Made by a program: the position numbers and the translations under genes
Part shown: in pieces, positions 1-8,369 of the stretch
How positions within the stretch are numbered: the first letter of the stretch is position 1
Layout of the letters: the number at the start of each line of letters is the position of its first letter
Source: an uncultured bacterium
GTDB taxonomy: Bacteria; Krumholzibacteriota; Krumholzibacteriia; Krumholzibacteriales; WJIX01
Assembly: GCA_964488475.1 (NCBI GenBank)
Contig: CAZAUK010000015.1
Coordinates: 1,751 to 65,750, forward strand
DNA length: 64,000 bases
Reading direction: 5' to 3'
Notes under the pieces: generated by a model
The model's input: only the letters and a program-made list of their open reading frames with translations
What the model was told of the DNA's origin: nothing
The model's database searches: none

Positions 1-46
1 TTGGGTATGGTCCACGCAGCTTCAAGTACAGAGATATCTAAATAGC

Positions 47-457
47 ATGCAATCTGAATTGAACTCTGGTGAGGCTGAAAAGTATCAGATAATGAAAAGG
101 TGCTCAAACACATCCTATGACGGGCATATGATTCTTGTATCAGCAAGACATCTTAAACGTGCCTTGGATATGCTCCAAAAAGAGGATCTTGACATTGAGA
201 TAGACAAGAAACTTTTGAAGGATCTTAAGGAGCTTAGAGATATTCATGAGCATTGGAACGAAACCAAAGATATTCTTAGGAAAGGGGACTTGAACCGCAG
301 CAGCTCTGCTAAGAGTTTTATGAAAAGAAATCCAAGAGGAAGACCATTTTCTGTGGCCTTTACTGCAAATGGGTTAAAAATGGCAGGAGTTGTCAAATTA
401 AACAAATTATTGAGTGAGCTGAATGTACTTGAAGAATCTTTGATAGGGAAAATCTAA
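47..457 (+). CDS. hypothetical small protein (136 aa) in AT-rich segment; contains RDIHEH (R-x4-H) motif
   Basis: Complete ORF with an upstream in-frame stop at ~39-41. Its stop TAA is immediately followed by the ATG of the next ORF (457/458). Local composition is much more AT-rich than the rest of the window. No recognisable conserved family by eye. Confidence 0.4.
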   Translation: MQSELNSGEAEKYQIMKRCSNTSYDGHMILVSARHLKRALDMLQKEDLDIEIDKKLLKDLKELRDIHEHWNETKDILRKGDLNRSSSAKSFMKRNPRGRPFSVAFTANGLKMAGVVKLNKLLSELNVLEESLIGKI

Positions 458-886
458 ATGACTGACTATGCATCTCCGAAGGAAACATACGATTACGAAA
501 AGAATATGTACCTCAATATACTTGCCGTATTACAGGGTGATTCCAATTATGAACAGAGTCATTCGAGCACAGAGAAATATGCGCTGGTCGAAGCTTTGTT
601 ATTCCATACAAGGAATTTAGTGGATATATTTTTATCTAGAGGCACAAAGGTCGATGATATACGCTTAGAAGATATAGCGCCTTCATATAGCTCTCCGAAT
701 ATTGATAGATTACGAGAAGCATATGGGAATACTACTCGCGATGAAAGTCCATGCTGGAGAATTAATAAGAGAATTGCACATCCAACCAAGAAGAGGTTGA
801 AAAATACAACCGATTATACTGATTTAGTAGTCGAAATTGATCCTATCATCAGGGCAATTATAAGCGGTTTGAATGTGAGTGATTGA
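458..886 (+). CDS. hypothetical small protein (142 aa), translationally coupled to the upstream ORF; contains RINKRIAH (R-x6-H) HEPN-like motif
   Basis: Start abuts the previous stop. Same AT-rich segment. Motif R-x6-H in the C-terminal third. No other recognisable domain. Confidence 0.4.
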   Translation: MTDYASPKETYDYEKNMYLNILAVLQGDSNYEQSHSSTEKYALVEALLFHTRNLVDIFLSRGTKVDDIRLEDIAPSYSSPNIDRLREAYGNTTRDESPCWRINKRIAHPTKKRLKNTTDYTDLVVEIDPIIRAIISGLNVSD

Positions 887-939
887 TGAAATTTATTATT
901 AAAAGAGTTGCAGTCTAACTATCGTATCTGGACTCCTCT

Positions 940-1218
940 GTCAATAATATTTTTAATTTGCTTGAACTGAACGGCTCTGCCCTGTAACGGTTATGGCAGG
1001 GGGCTTCGGCAGGCCGCCAGCGGCTCGGCCTAACGGGCAGGGCCTGCGCCAGGCCATCCCGTAGCTGATGTGAGGATTGTTCTCATGAAAGAAATTACAC
1101 ATATGAGGATGGAGTCGAATGAGAAGATGCGCATCCGCGCTTTTGGCAGGGGGTCCGCTCATTCATAAGTATGAGTCCTACAAGAGTCCAGAATAACTTG
1201 GGGGAGACAGATAAAACC
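940..1218 (+). promoter_or_regulatory. GC-rich structured, repeat-containing 5' leader of the macro-pncB-pncA operon (candidate cis-regulatory RNA or operator array)
   Basis: Two stem-loops each presenting a UAACGG loop sequence: CCCUG/CAGGG stem at 980-1001 with UAACGG at 985-990, and GGCC/GGCC stem at 1027-1044 with UAACGG at 1031-1036. Three copies of GGCAGGG(G) at ~995, ~1037 and ~1145. RBS GGGGAGA lies before the ATG at 1219. Confidence 0.3.
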
Positions 1219-1755
1219 ATGACGAAGCGAACAATCCACAATGTAACGATTGAGTGCGTGCAGGGCGACATTGCGAATCAGGCCGACATAGATGCGGTTG
1301 TTAATGCGGCCAATGCCGAGTTGCGTATAGGCGGCGGCGTTGCCGGCGCCATCCATCGGGTTGCGGGAGCGGGTCTGGAAGCGGAATGCAGGCCACTTGC
1401 ACCCATCCGGCCGGGCGAGGCGGTTATAACCGGTGCGCACAATTTGCCGAACAAGCACGTGATTCATTGTCTCGGGCCGATTTACGGATTGGACGAGCCT
1501 TCCGATCAGTTGTTGGCTTCGTGCTACCGGAATGCACTGAAGCTGGCTGAGCAAAACAAGATCGATTCCATTGCCTTTCCGGCGATCTCCACGGGGGCCT
1601 TTGGTTATCCTATGGAACCGGCGGCGCGGATTGCTTTAGAGACGATCCATGCCGCATTGTCCAACCTTTCGTCGGTCAGGTTGATCCGTTTCGTGCTATT
1701 CGATGCTGTTGCTTTACAGGTACATGGGACAGTACTGGGAGAACTCGCCGAATAG
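1219..1755 (+). CDS. macro domain protein (ADP-ribose / O-acetyl-ADP-ribose processing, YmdB-like)
   Basis: Macro-domain signature VNAANAELRIGGGVAGAI plus AFPAISTGAFGYP. Start chosen at ATG 1219 behind a GGGGAGA RBS; the ORF track extends upstream to 1171. Confidence 0.8.
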   Translation: MTKRTIHNVTIECVQGDIANQADIDAVVNAANAELRIGGGVAGAIHRVAGAGLEAECRPLAPIRPGEAVITGAHNLPNKHVIHCLGPIYGLDEPSDQLLASCYRNALKLAEQNKIDSIAFPAISTGAFGYPMEPAARIALETIHAALSNLSSVRLIRFVLFDAVALQVHGTVLGELAE

Positions 1756-1820
1756 TGTGTAGAAGCGGATTTTGCACAAAATCGATAACGGGCTGAGAAT
1801 CATGCAGAAGGAGTAAATCC

Positions 1821-3206
1821 ATGAATACGGAAAACCCATCTTCAGAAATATCATCCCTGGCCGGGGGCGCCGCGCAGAAAGAACTTACGCTATTTACCGA
1901 TCTTTACGAGTTGACCATGCTGCAGGCCTACTTCGAAGAAGAGATGATGGAAGATGCTGTATTCAGCCTGTTCGTCCGTCGTCTTCCCGCGCGGCGCAAT
2001 TTCCTGATGGCCTGTGGACTCGATACTGTCCTCGATTATCTGGAGACCCTGCAATTCAATGATGAGAATATTTCGTATTTACAATCACTCGGAAAATTCT
2101 CCGAACGTTTCCTCGACTGGCTCCGCGATTTTCGGTTTACCGGGGAAGTCAGAGCTGTCCCCGAGGGCACACCTGTGTTTGCAAACGAGCCGATTCTGGA
2201 GGTCGCCGCGCCGCTGCCGCAGGCCCAGCTGGTCGAGACGTTTGTCATGAATCAGATCCACATGCAAACGGTACTTGCCTCGAAGGCGCAACGGGTAGTG
2301 TCGGCGGCCAGGGGCCGCCCGGTTATTGATTTTGGGCCGCGACGTATGCATGGAATCGATGCCGCGCTCAAGGCGGCTCGTGCTTTTTATATCAGCGGCG
2401 TTGCCGCTACCTCCAATGTTCTCGCTGGCAAGCGCTACTGCGTGCCGGTTGCCGGCACTATGGCTCACAGCTATATTCAGGCTCATGAGGATGAAACGGA
2501 AGCCCTCCGCGCATTTGCGGAGCTTTATCCTCAAACTGTCCTTCTGGTAGACACCTACGACACGATTGCGGGGATACACAAGGTCGTTGAGTTATCGAAG
2601 ACATTGGGTAAAAACTTCCAGGTTAGCGCTGTGCGCCTGGATTCCGGCGACCTGCTCGCACTTTCGCGCGAAGCGCGCCGAGTATTGGACACAGCAGGCT
2701 TGAAGAAGGTCGACATCTTTGCCAGTGGCGGTCTTGATGAAGATTCCGTCGCTGAGCTTCTCGCTTCGAATGCACCGATCAACGGCTTTGGAGTAGGCAC
2801 GGGTATGGGTGTGTCAATCGACGCTCCGGCCCTCGATATTGCCTACAAACTCTGCGAGTATGCCGGCAGGGGGAGGCTTAAATTGTCGGCCGGTAAACCG
2901 GTGCTGCCGGGCCCCAAACAGATCTTTCGCGTCGAGGAGAATGGTCAGGCTTTTCGCGATACGATTGCACGCGCCGACGAGAATTTACCCGGGCGGCCTT
3001 TGCTGAAGACGGTGATGCGCGATGGCACTCGTCTGCCCGCGGGGATGGTTGATCTCGAAGCCATCCGCCGCTATGCGCAGGAACAGGTTGCCCGCCTGCC
3101 CAAGCCGATTACAGCGATAGCCGCTGCCGATACTCCATATCAGGTCGAAGTCAGTGTGAAACTGGCCAAGTTGCAGGGAGAAATTGAGCAGGAAGTCATA
3201 TCCTGA
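1821..3206 (+). CDS. pncB: nicotinate phosphoribosyltransferase
   Basis: 461 aa. N-terminus TLFTDLYELTMLQAYF is typical of the NAPRTase family. RBS AAGGAG upstream. Confidence 0.85.
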   Translation: MNTENPSSEISSLAGGAAQKELTLFTDLYELTMLQAYFEEEMMEDAVFSLFVRRLPARRNFLMACGLDTVLDYLETLQFNDENISYLQSLGKFSERFLDWLRDFRFTGEVRAVPEGTPVFANEPILEVAAPLPQAQLVETFVMNQIHMQTVLASKAQRVVSAARGRPVIDFGPRRMHGIDAALKAARAFYISGVAATSNVLAGKRYCVPVAGTMAHSYIQAHEDETEALRAFAELYPQTVLLVDTYDTIAGIHKVVELSKTLGKNFQVSAVRLDSGDLLALSREARRVLDTAGLKKVDIFASGGLDEDSVAELLASNAPINGFGVGTGMGVSIDAPALDIAYKLCEYAGRGRLKLSAGKPVLPGPKQIFRVEENGQAFRDTIARADENLPGRPLLKTVMRDGTRLPAGMVDLEAIRRYAQEQVARLPKPITAIAAADTPYQVEVSVKLAKLQGEIEQEVIS

Positions 3207-3233
3207 ACCTTGATGGCAAAATGAAGGAGACTT

Positions 3234-3794
3234 ATGATGAATGAATTACAAACAGGCGATGCCCTGATAGTGGTTGATGTGCAGAACGACTTCTGTCCGG
3301 GCGGTGCGTTGCCGATTCAGGACGGTGACGCGGTCGTTCCCGTTCTCAATCGCTGGATCGCCACGGCAGTTGCTAGTGGGGTGCCGGTATACGCTTCACG
3401 CGACTGGCACCCTGTGGGGCACATTAGTTTCTCCGAGCATGAAGGACCCTGGCCGCCACATTGTCTTCAGGATAGCGAAGGAGCCAGTTTCCATCCCGAT
3501 CTGGATTTTCCCGACACGGCTATAAAGGTGACCAAGGGAGTGCGTTTTGACCAGGACCAGAACTCAGCCTTCGATCAGACGGGGCTTGCCGTAAAACTCC
3601 GGCAAGAAGGTATTAAACGCTTATGGATTGGAGGCCTGGCCGAAGATGTGTGCGTGCTAGCGACCGCGCTTGATGCCCGCAAGGAGGGTTTTGATGTCAA
3701 CCTTATTCACGGTGCCACACGACCGGTTACATCTGAAGGCGGCGATAATGCACGAAGAGAAATGCGCGATGCTGGAGTAGAGATAACCGCCTGA
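3234..3794 (+). CDS. pncA: nicotinamidase / isochorismatase-family hydrolase
   Basis: ALIVVDVQNDFCPGGAL N-terminal signature of the isochorismatase/nicotinamidase family. Position directly after pncB supports a PncA role. Confidence 0.75.
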   Translation: MMNELQTGDALIVVDVQNDFCPGGALPIQDGDAVVPVLNRWIATAVASGVPVYASRDWHPVGHISFSEHEGPWPPHCLQDSEGASFHPDLDFPDTAIKVTKGVRFDQDQNSAFDQTGLAVKLRQEGIKRLWIGGLAEDVCVLATALDARKEGFDVNLIHGATRPVTSEGGDNARREMRDAGVEITA

Positions 3795-4362
3795 CCATGC
3801 CATCCACGCGGACGGGAATTCCCCTACCGCTTCTTACCAAACGGATGCGCAAGAACAGATCTGTTGAATTAATATCCGCGCATTTGTTTTCTCAATATCC
3901 TTCCGGAGAATTCCTGTTAGCCCAGCTTCAGTATACAATTTCCAGCTATCTATCATAGTTCAGAGACCAGCGGAGGTAAAAGGAAGCGGGAAATACAGAG
4001 AAAGAGTGTTGTGGATATTGAATAAGCCGATTTAGTAGTGATCAGTTACTTGGGTTTCAAATTGCTTTCCGGAAGGATCGATATGAGGGAAGAGTGATGT
4101 CTCAATTTTTTGGATAATTTTTAAAATAACTTGACAACCAATCAAGAGTTTAATCAATGAAACAGGAATTGAGTTAATAACCTGCTCTGACTCTGACAAA
4201 AAGTTATTTGTTTTGGAGGTTGGTGGGGGAAGTCTCTTCAGCAGGCTTTTTTAAACAACCTTAATATGACTAAAAGAAAATGGCGCACGGTGGGCTTTAT
4301 AGAGCAACTGTTTTTAGTGTGAGGCCCGGCCAAATCCGGTCCCGGGCCCTGAACTATACATA

Positions 4363-6084
4363 TTAATATATATAGTTTTTTGCTATCGGATCGGAAGAAT
4401 CCGTCACTCTGTTTCCACCTATTATTACCACGTGGGCATATCCATCGGTATCAGTGTATACCACCGCAGCATGGTTATAGAACGGTTCTCCTCCAGCTCC
4501 ATTCACTATGGTCTGAGAACCGGTGGCCCCGCTGAAGGCTTCTACCGTGCCGTCAACATTTATGGCGGCGTATTGGTGTTCAGTGGAAGAGGTGCTTGCC
4601 CCATTATATAGCCCTCCACTCACAAAAATCCACCCTCCCGCCACAACTGCGCTGTGCTTGGAAGCAGCCTTGATCAAATTATTCGGGTTTATTGACCAGG
4701 TTGTATTCTTCAATTCACCGGTACGCAGGTCCAGATAATTATAAAGAAGTTGATCCGATGTGCTGCCGGTAATTGCATTGCTGCCCGGTTCCCCAGCTGC
4801 TGTTTCTCCGCCCACCACATACAGTACGCCCGCCTGAGTGATCAGGGGCGCGTATGAAACAGCTGAGGGAAGGGAGGGCTGTGGTTCCCAGAGCCCCAGA
4901 GATCCGTCATAATTTATTTCAGCGCGATATACATAATCCACCGGTTCGTTTCCGGAAGTCGCGCCTCCCGCTATATAGAGCCAGGAACGGAATACGGCAG
5001 CGCCCATTGAATGGAGTTCAACCGGAAGGGTACTGGTGTAACCCCAGCCTCCAAGAGACCTGTCTTTATTAATAGATGCTACAAATACAGTGTTCTGTGG
5101 TGCGCCTGATGAATCAATGCCACCTATGACATAGAGGAACCCGGCTTTCAGAGTGTCAATAAAGGCGTTGAACGGAGTTGCTGTCGCTGAACCATGAAAC
5201 GCCCTTTCCTGAGGCACATCCACTTCAGGATTCCAGGATAAAAGTTGACCCAATTCATCGATTTCTGTTGCTATGACTCCGGAACGGGGAGTGGCTGAAC
5301 TGCCCGCCCCTCCGGTAACATAAATTATGCTGCCTTCGCCCGGCCCGCTTTCTATCTCAATAAAGTTGGCGCCATGACCCTGCGCCGGTTCCGGAAGAGG
5401 GGTAGTCTCGGCCCAATTGATTACCGAGGGGCTGAAACTCGGACTGGAGGTAATGGTAAAAGTAATCGAATCGGATGCTCCGGTTGGGGTTTCGATCCAT
5501 ACCGGCCCGGTTTCCGTCTCCGATGGAACAGTGGTTAGTATGAATTCATTGGTCCAGTTATCCTCAAGTGAGATGTTGGCTTCAACTGGCTGTCCCGATG
5601 CGTCGCTGAAGAAGACCTTTCCCCTGCTCAGCAGGTCGCCGAAAGCTCTTCCTTCTAGGATGGCAGTGCTGCCTGTATTGCCGCTCGGTTTGGAAACCCC
5701 ATTCATCACTATCAGATTCGGTGGGACTGCCTTGTAGCTTTCGGAATAGGTGTCTTCGGCGCCCCCCGGATTTTTAACCTTCACTTCATAAAATATGCCA
5801 GGTTTGAGACTGTCCGCGGCGGTCGCCACCAGAGTGTTTGAAGAGACGTACTCTGTGCTGATTGCCTGGTATTCACCAAAATATACAACTGCGCCCGATT
5901 TGAAATCACTGCCGGTAATTTCCACCAACGTTCCGACATTGCCGCTGTCCGGGGATATTGATGCAACAGAGGGGGCGGTCCCCGCAGGTTTTGTTATTTT
6001 TTCTTTATTGTCGCCGCCGCAGGCGGAAATTATGATAAGAATCAAAGAAAAGATTAATGATTTTGGCAAATTGAGTTTCAACAT
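4363..6084 (-). CDS. lipoprotein with IPT/TIG domains and Kelch-repeat beta-propeller
   Basis: Signal peptide with lipobox LIIISAC. IPT-like ISPDSGNVGTLVEITGSDF. Repeated Kelch blades (YVIGG, YIAGG, YVVGG, FVSGG). Confidence 0.7.
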   Translation of the reverse strand: MLKLNLPKSLIFSLILIIISACGGDNKEKITKPAGTAPSVASISPDSGNVGTLVEITGSDFKSGAVVYFGEYQAISTEYVSSNTLVATAADSLKPGIFYEVKVKNPGGAEDTYSESYKAVPPNLIVMNGVSKPSGNTGSTAILEGRAFGDLLSRGKVFFSDASGQPVEANISLEDNWTNEFILTTVPSETETGPVWIETPTGASDSITFTITSSPSFSPSVINWAETTPLPEPAQGHGANFIEIESGPGEGSIIYVTGGAGSSATPRSGVIATEIDELGQLLSWNPEVDVPQERAFHGSATATPFNAFIDTLKAGFLYVIGGIDSSGAPQNTVFVASINKDRSLGGWGYTSTLPVELHSMGAAVFRSWLYIAGGATSGNEPVDYVYRAEINYDGSLGLWEPQPSLPSAVSYAPLITQAGVLYVVGGETAAGEPGSNAITGSTSDQLLYNYLDLRTGELKNTTWSINPNNLIKAASKHSAVVAGGWIFVSGGLYNGASTSSTEHQYAAINVDGTVEAFSGATGSQTIVNGAGGEPFYNHAAVVYTDTDGYAHVVIIGGNRVTDSSDPIAKNYIY

Positions 6085-6566
6085 TATCCAATCTCCCTGA
6101 GTAATGGATATTTTGACGCTCTATTTTTACGCCAAAATCAGATAAAACTGTTAATGGAGATGAATATTGCATAAATAATGCCATGAAATTTAACCGGGAA
6201 GGGGGCGTTCCATGTTATAAATCACTGTATAGTTATTAATATATTGAGGTTACTGCTTTTATCTTACTCATAGAATTAATCAACTTTGTATTTCTAAGAA
6301 TAGATTAGAGTTTATGCCTTAACTCGGGATGATAAGAAGGCTAAGGTTTTGTGACTTTGCCGTATGGGTCTTTCAGATATTATAGAAGCGAAGAGAGCTT
6401 TGCCATTCGTAATTATGAAAACCGTTTAATAGCCATTATATGCTTTTTGCTCACTTGGAATAAGATTAATCAGCTGAAGGCGGCTGTTCATATCCAGTTT
6501 TTTGCAGATGCTGTATATGAGGTATGAGATTGGAAATAGCGTAAGTGACAAATGGTAAGTTGAGGG

Positions 6567-7466
6567 TCAGGCCCGCCGGCGCAGAAATTCCGCTATCCCG
6601 TCGACATACCCTTCGAAAGAATGAAAATCCTTACCGACAAAGTCCACCTCCACACCCATCCGGCGGGCGTTGGCGGCTGTATAGGGCCCAAAACAAGCAA
6701 CGATGTTGATGTTGATCCATTTCTCGCCACCCAGTAAAAGTATAAGCGCCTCTATTTCCGCGGTACTGGTAAAAGCAATGAGATCGACATTTCTGCTCTT
6801 GATCATGTGCAATTCCTGTCCATAATCCCCCGCGGCGGCGGGACGGGTGATGTATCCCTCTATCTTCTCCGCCTTTATTCCCAGCTCTTTCAGGCTTTTC
6901 ATGAAATCCGGAATGACATCGGGTTCTGTCAAGCCGACTACTTTGGGAGCTATTACGGCTATGGACCATCCCGCAACGCCTTTTATTTTCCTTAAGGCGC
7001 CGATTATTCCCGGCGGGCTGGGTTCTTCCGGGTCGACCGCTACATCCCGGCCGAAGTTCTCTCTGAGATAATCCTTATCCCTGCCCATGGCGGAAAACCT
7101 GAATCGATCCAGAAGGGAATCGGGCAGGTGACGCGCCCGGGCCCTTTCGAAGAACGCCTGGACAGCCTTGCGGCTGGAGAACACCACCAGGTCGTACTCC
7201 TGAGGGTGGTCCAGTACACGGTCGATTCCCGAGCTTCGGGGATTTATCACCGTCTCGATAGCGGGGACGATAACGGGTTCTCCCCCTTCTTTCTCAATAA
7301 GGCCGGCCAATCGGTCGGAGTAGCCGGAAGGAGCGGTCACCACCACCCGCTTGCCCTCGAGCTTCCTGGAAGTACCGCCGGCGGAGTTTCTCTCAAGATT
7401 GGAAGGGATCAGGCCGGAGCACGCCGGCAGTCCTAAAGTGAATAATATCAGGACGAAACGGATCAT
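6567..7466 (-). CDS. uroporphyrinogen-III synthase (HemD)-like protein with N-terminal hydrophobic/lipoprotein-like segment
   Basis: Two-lobed HemD-like pattern: KRVVVTAP...EGGEPVIVPAIE, DLVVFSS, NVDLIAFTSTAEIEAL, ACFGPYTAANARRMGV. N-terminus MIRFVLILFTLGLPACSG. Start taken at the internal ATG (7466) rather than the ORF-track 7547. Confidence 0.55.
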   Translation of the reverse strand: MIRFVLILFTLGLPACSGLIPSNLERNSAGGTSRKLEGKRVVVTAPSGYSDRLAGLIEKEGGEPVIVPAIETVINPRSSGIDRVLDHPQEYDLVVFSSRKAVQAFFERARARHLPDSLLDRFRFSAMGRDKDYLRENFGRDVAVDPEEPSPPGIIGALRKIKGVAGWSIAVIAPKVVGLTEPDVIPDFMKSLKELGIKAEKIEGYITRPAAAGDYGQELHMIKSRNVDLIAFTSTAEIEALILLLGGEKWININIVACFGPYTAANARRMGVEVDFVGKDFHSFEGYVDGIAEFLRRRA

Positions 7467-7558
7467 AAGACCTCCCGGTAGTCGATCCTGCTTTTTCCAG
7501 AAGGGAACCTGTATGCCGGTTGAACCGGCACCGCTATTATAGTACAAACCTTTTAATT

Positions 7559-7587
7559 TTGACAGCGAAGATCGAATCTCTTATCCT
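7559..7587 (+). promoter_or_regulatory. sigma70-like promoter (TTGACA-N17-TATCCT) upstream of tandem membrane-protein genes
   Basis: TTGACA at 7559-7564, 17-nt spacer, TATCCT at 7582-7587. The identical hexamer pair recurs at 40120-40148. Confidence 0.3.
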
Positions 7588-7684
7588 TAAAAGTATCAGA
7601 CACCCCGACGCGGGGATTATTTTTGTTTCAGAAACCGGCTATCCGGACCGGCGGTATAAAAATCAGGAACGGAATCGAATAGAG

Positions 7685-7987
7685 ATGTTAAACGGCCTTA
7701 ATATCCAAGGTTTCCTGAGCGGACTGGCTTCCTTCTTCCTTATCGGTGTTTTCCACCCCATAGTAAAATTCGTGGAATATCATTTCGGGCTGAAGGCATG
7801 GCCGGCTTTTGTGCTGTCCGGGGCCGTCTCGGCGATCCTTTCGGTCTTCCAGAAGAATACTTTTATTTCGGTTATATTAGGCGTTCTGGGCTTCTCGCTG
7901 TTCTGGAGCGCAATAGAGATATTCAGGCAGCATGAGAGAGCGTTAAAAGGGCAGGCCGAGCGCAATCCCAGACGGGAGTACGACTGA
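7685..7987 (+). CDS. small integral membrane protein (approx. 100 aa), paralog 1 of a tandem pair
   Basis: Internal ATG at 7685 chosen; the ORF track starts at 7520. Shares EYHFG and ILGxLGFxxxWxxxEI motifs with the next ORF. Roughly 3 hydrophobic helices. Confidence 0.6.
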   Translation: MLNGLNIQGFLSGLASFFLIGVFHPIVKFVEYHFGLKAWPAFVLSGAVSAILSVFQKNTFISVILGVLGFSLFWSAIEIFRQHERALKGQAERNPRREYD

Positions 7988-7989
7988 CC

Positions 7990-8307
7990 ATGGGATTATT
8001 CGTCCAATCTTATAATCTCACAGGGCTCATTATCGGATTGGCCGCCTTTATTATCATAGCCCTGGGAAGGTACACTACCGTTGTAGCGGAGTACCACTTC
8101 GGCAAGAATTTCTGGATAGGATTTTTAATAATCGGACTCTCCTCTCTGGCCCTCTCATTGGCAATCGACTCCTTTGTGCTTTCATCCATTTTTGGTATAT
8201 TAGGGTTTACCTATCTATGGGGCATAGGGGAAATAATCGAGCAGGAAAAAAGAGTAAGGAAAGGATGGTATCCCGACAATCCCGGGAGAAAGAGAAAAAG
8301 GAGTTAG
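7990..8307 (+). CDS. small integral membrane protein (105 aa), paralog 2 of tandem pair
   Basis: Clear paralogy to 7685-7987 (AEYHFGKNFW vs VEYHFGLKAW; IFGILGFTYLWGIGEI vs ILGVLGFSLFWSAIEI). Basic C-terminal tail. Confidence 0.6.
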   Translation: MGLFVQSYNLTGLIIGLAAFIIIALGRYTTVVAEYHFGKNFWIGFLIIGLSSLALSLAIDSFVLSSIFGILGFTYLWGIGEIIEQEKRVRKGWYPDNPGRKRKRS

Positions 8308-8369
8308 CCGGCGCCGGTTTCTTTCCTTGAGTGCCAGACCGTTTTCCACTTTTGCAAGAAGGATCGATA

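Noticed and set aside
953-1554. Minus-strand ORFs (69 and 131 aa) over the leader and the macro-domain gene
   Set aside because: They overlap a structured GC-rich leader and a well-supported macro-domain CDS and carry no motifs. Likely spurious.
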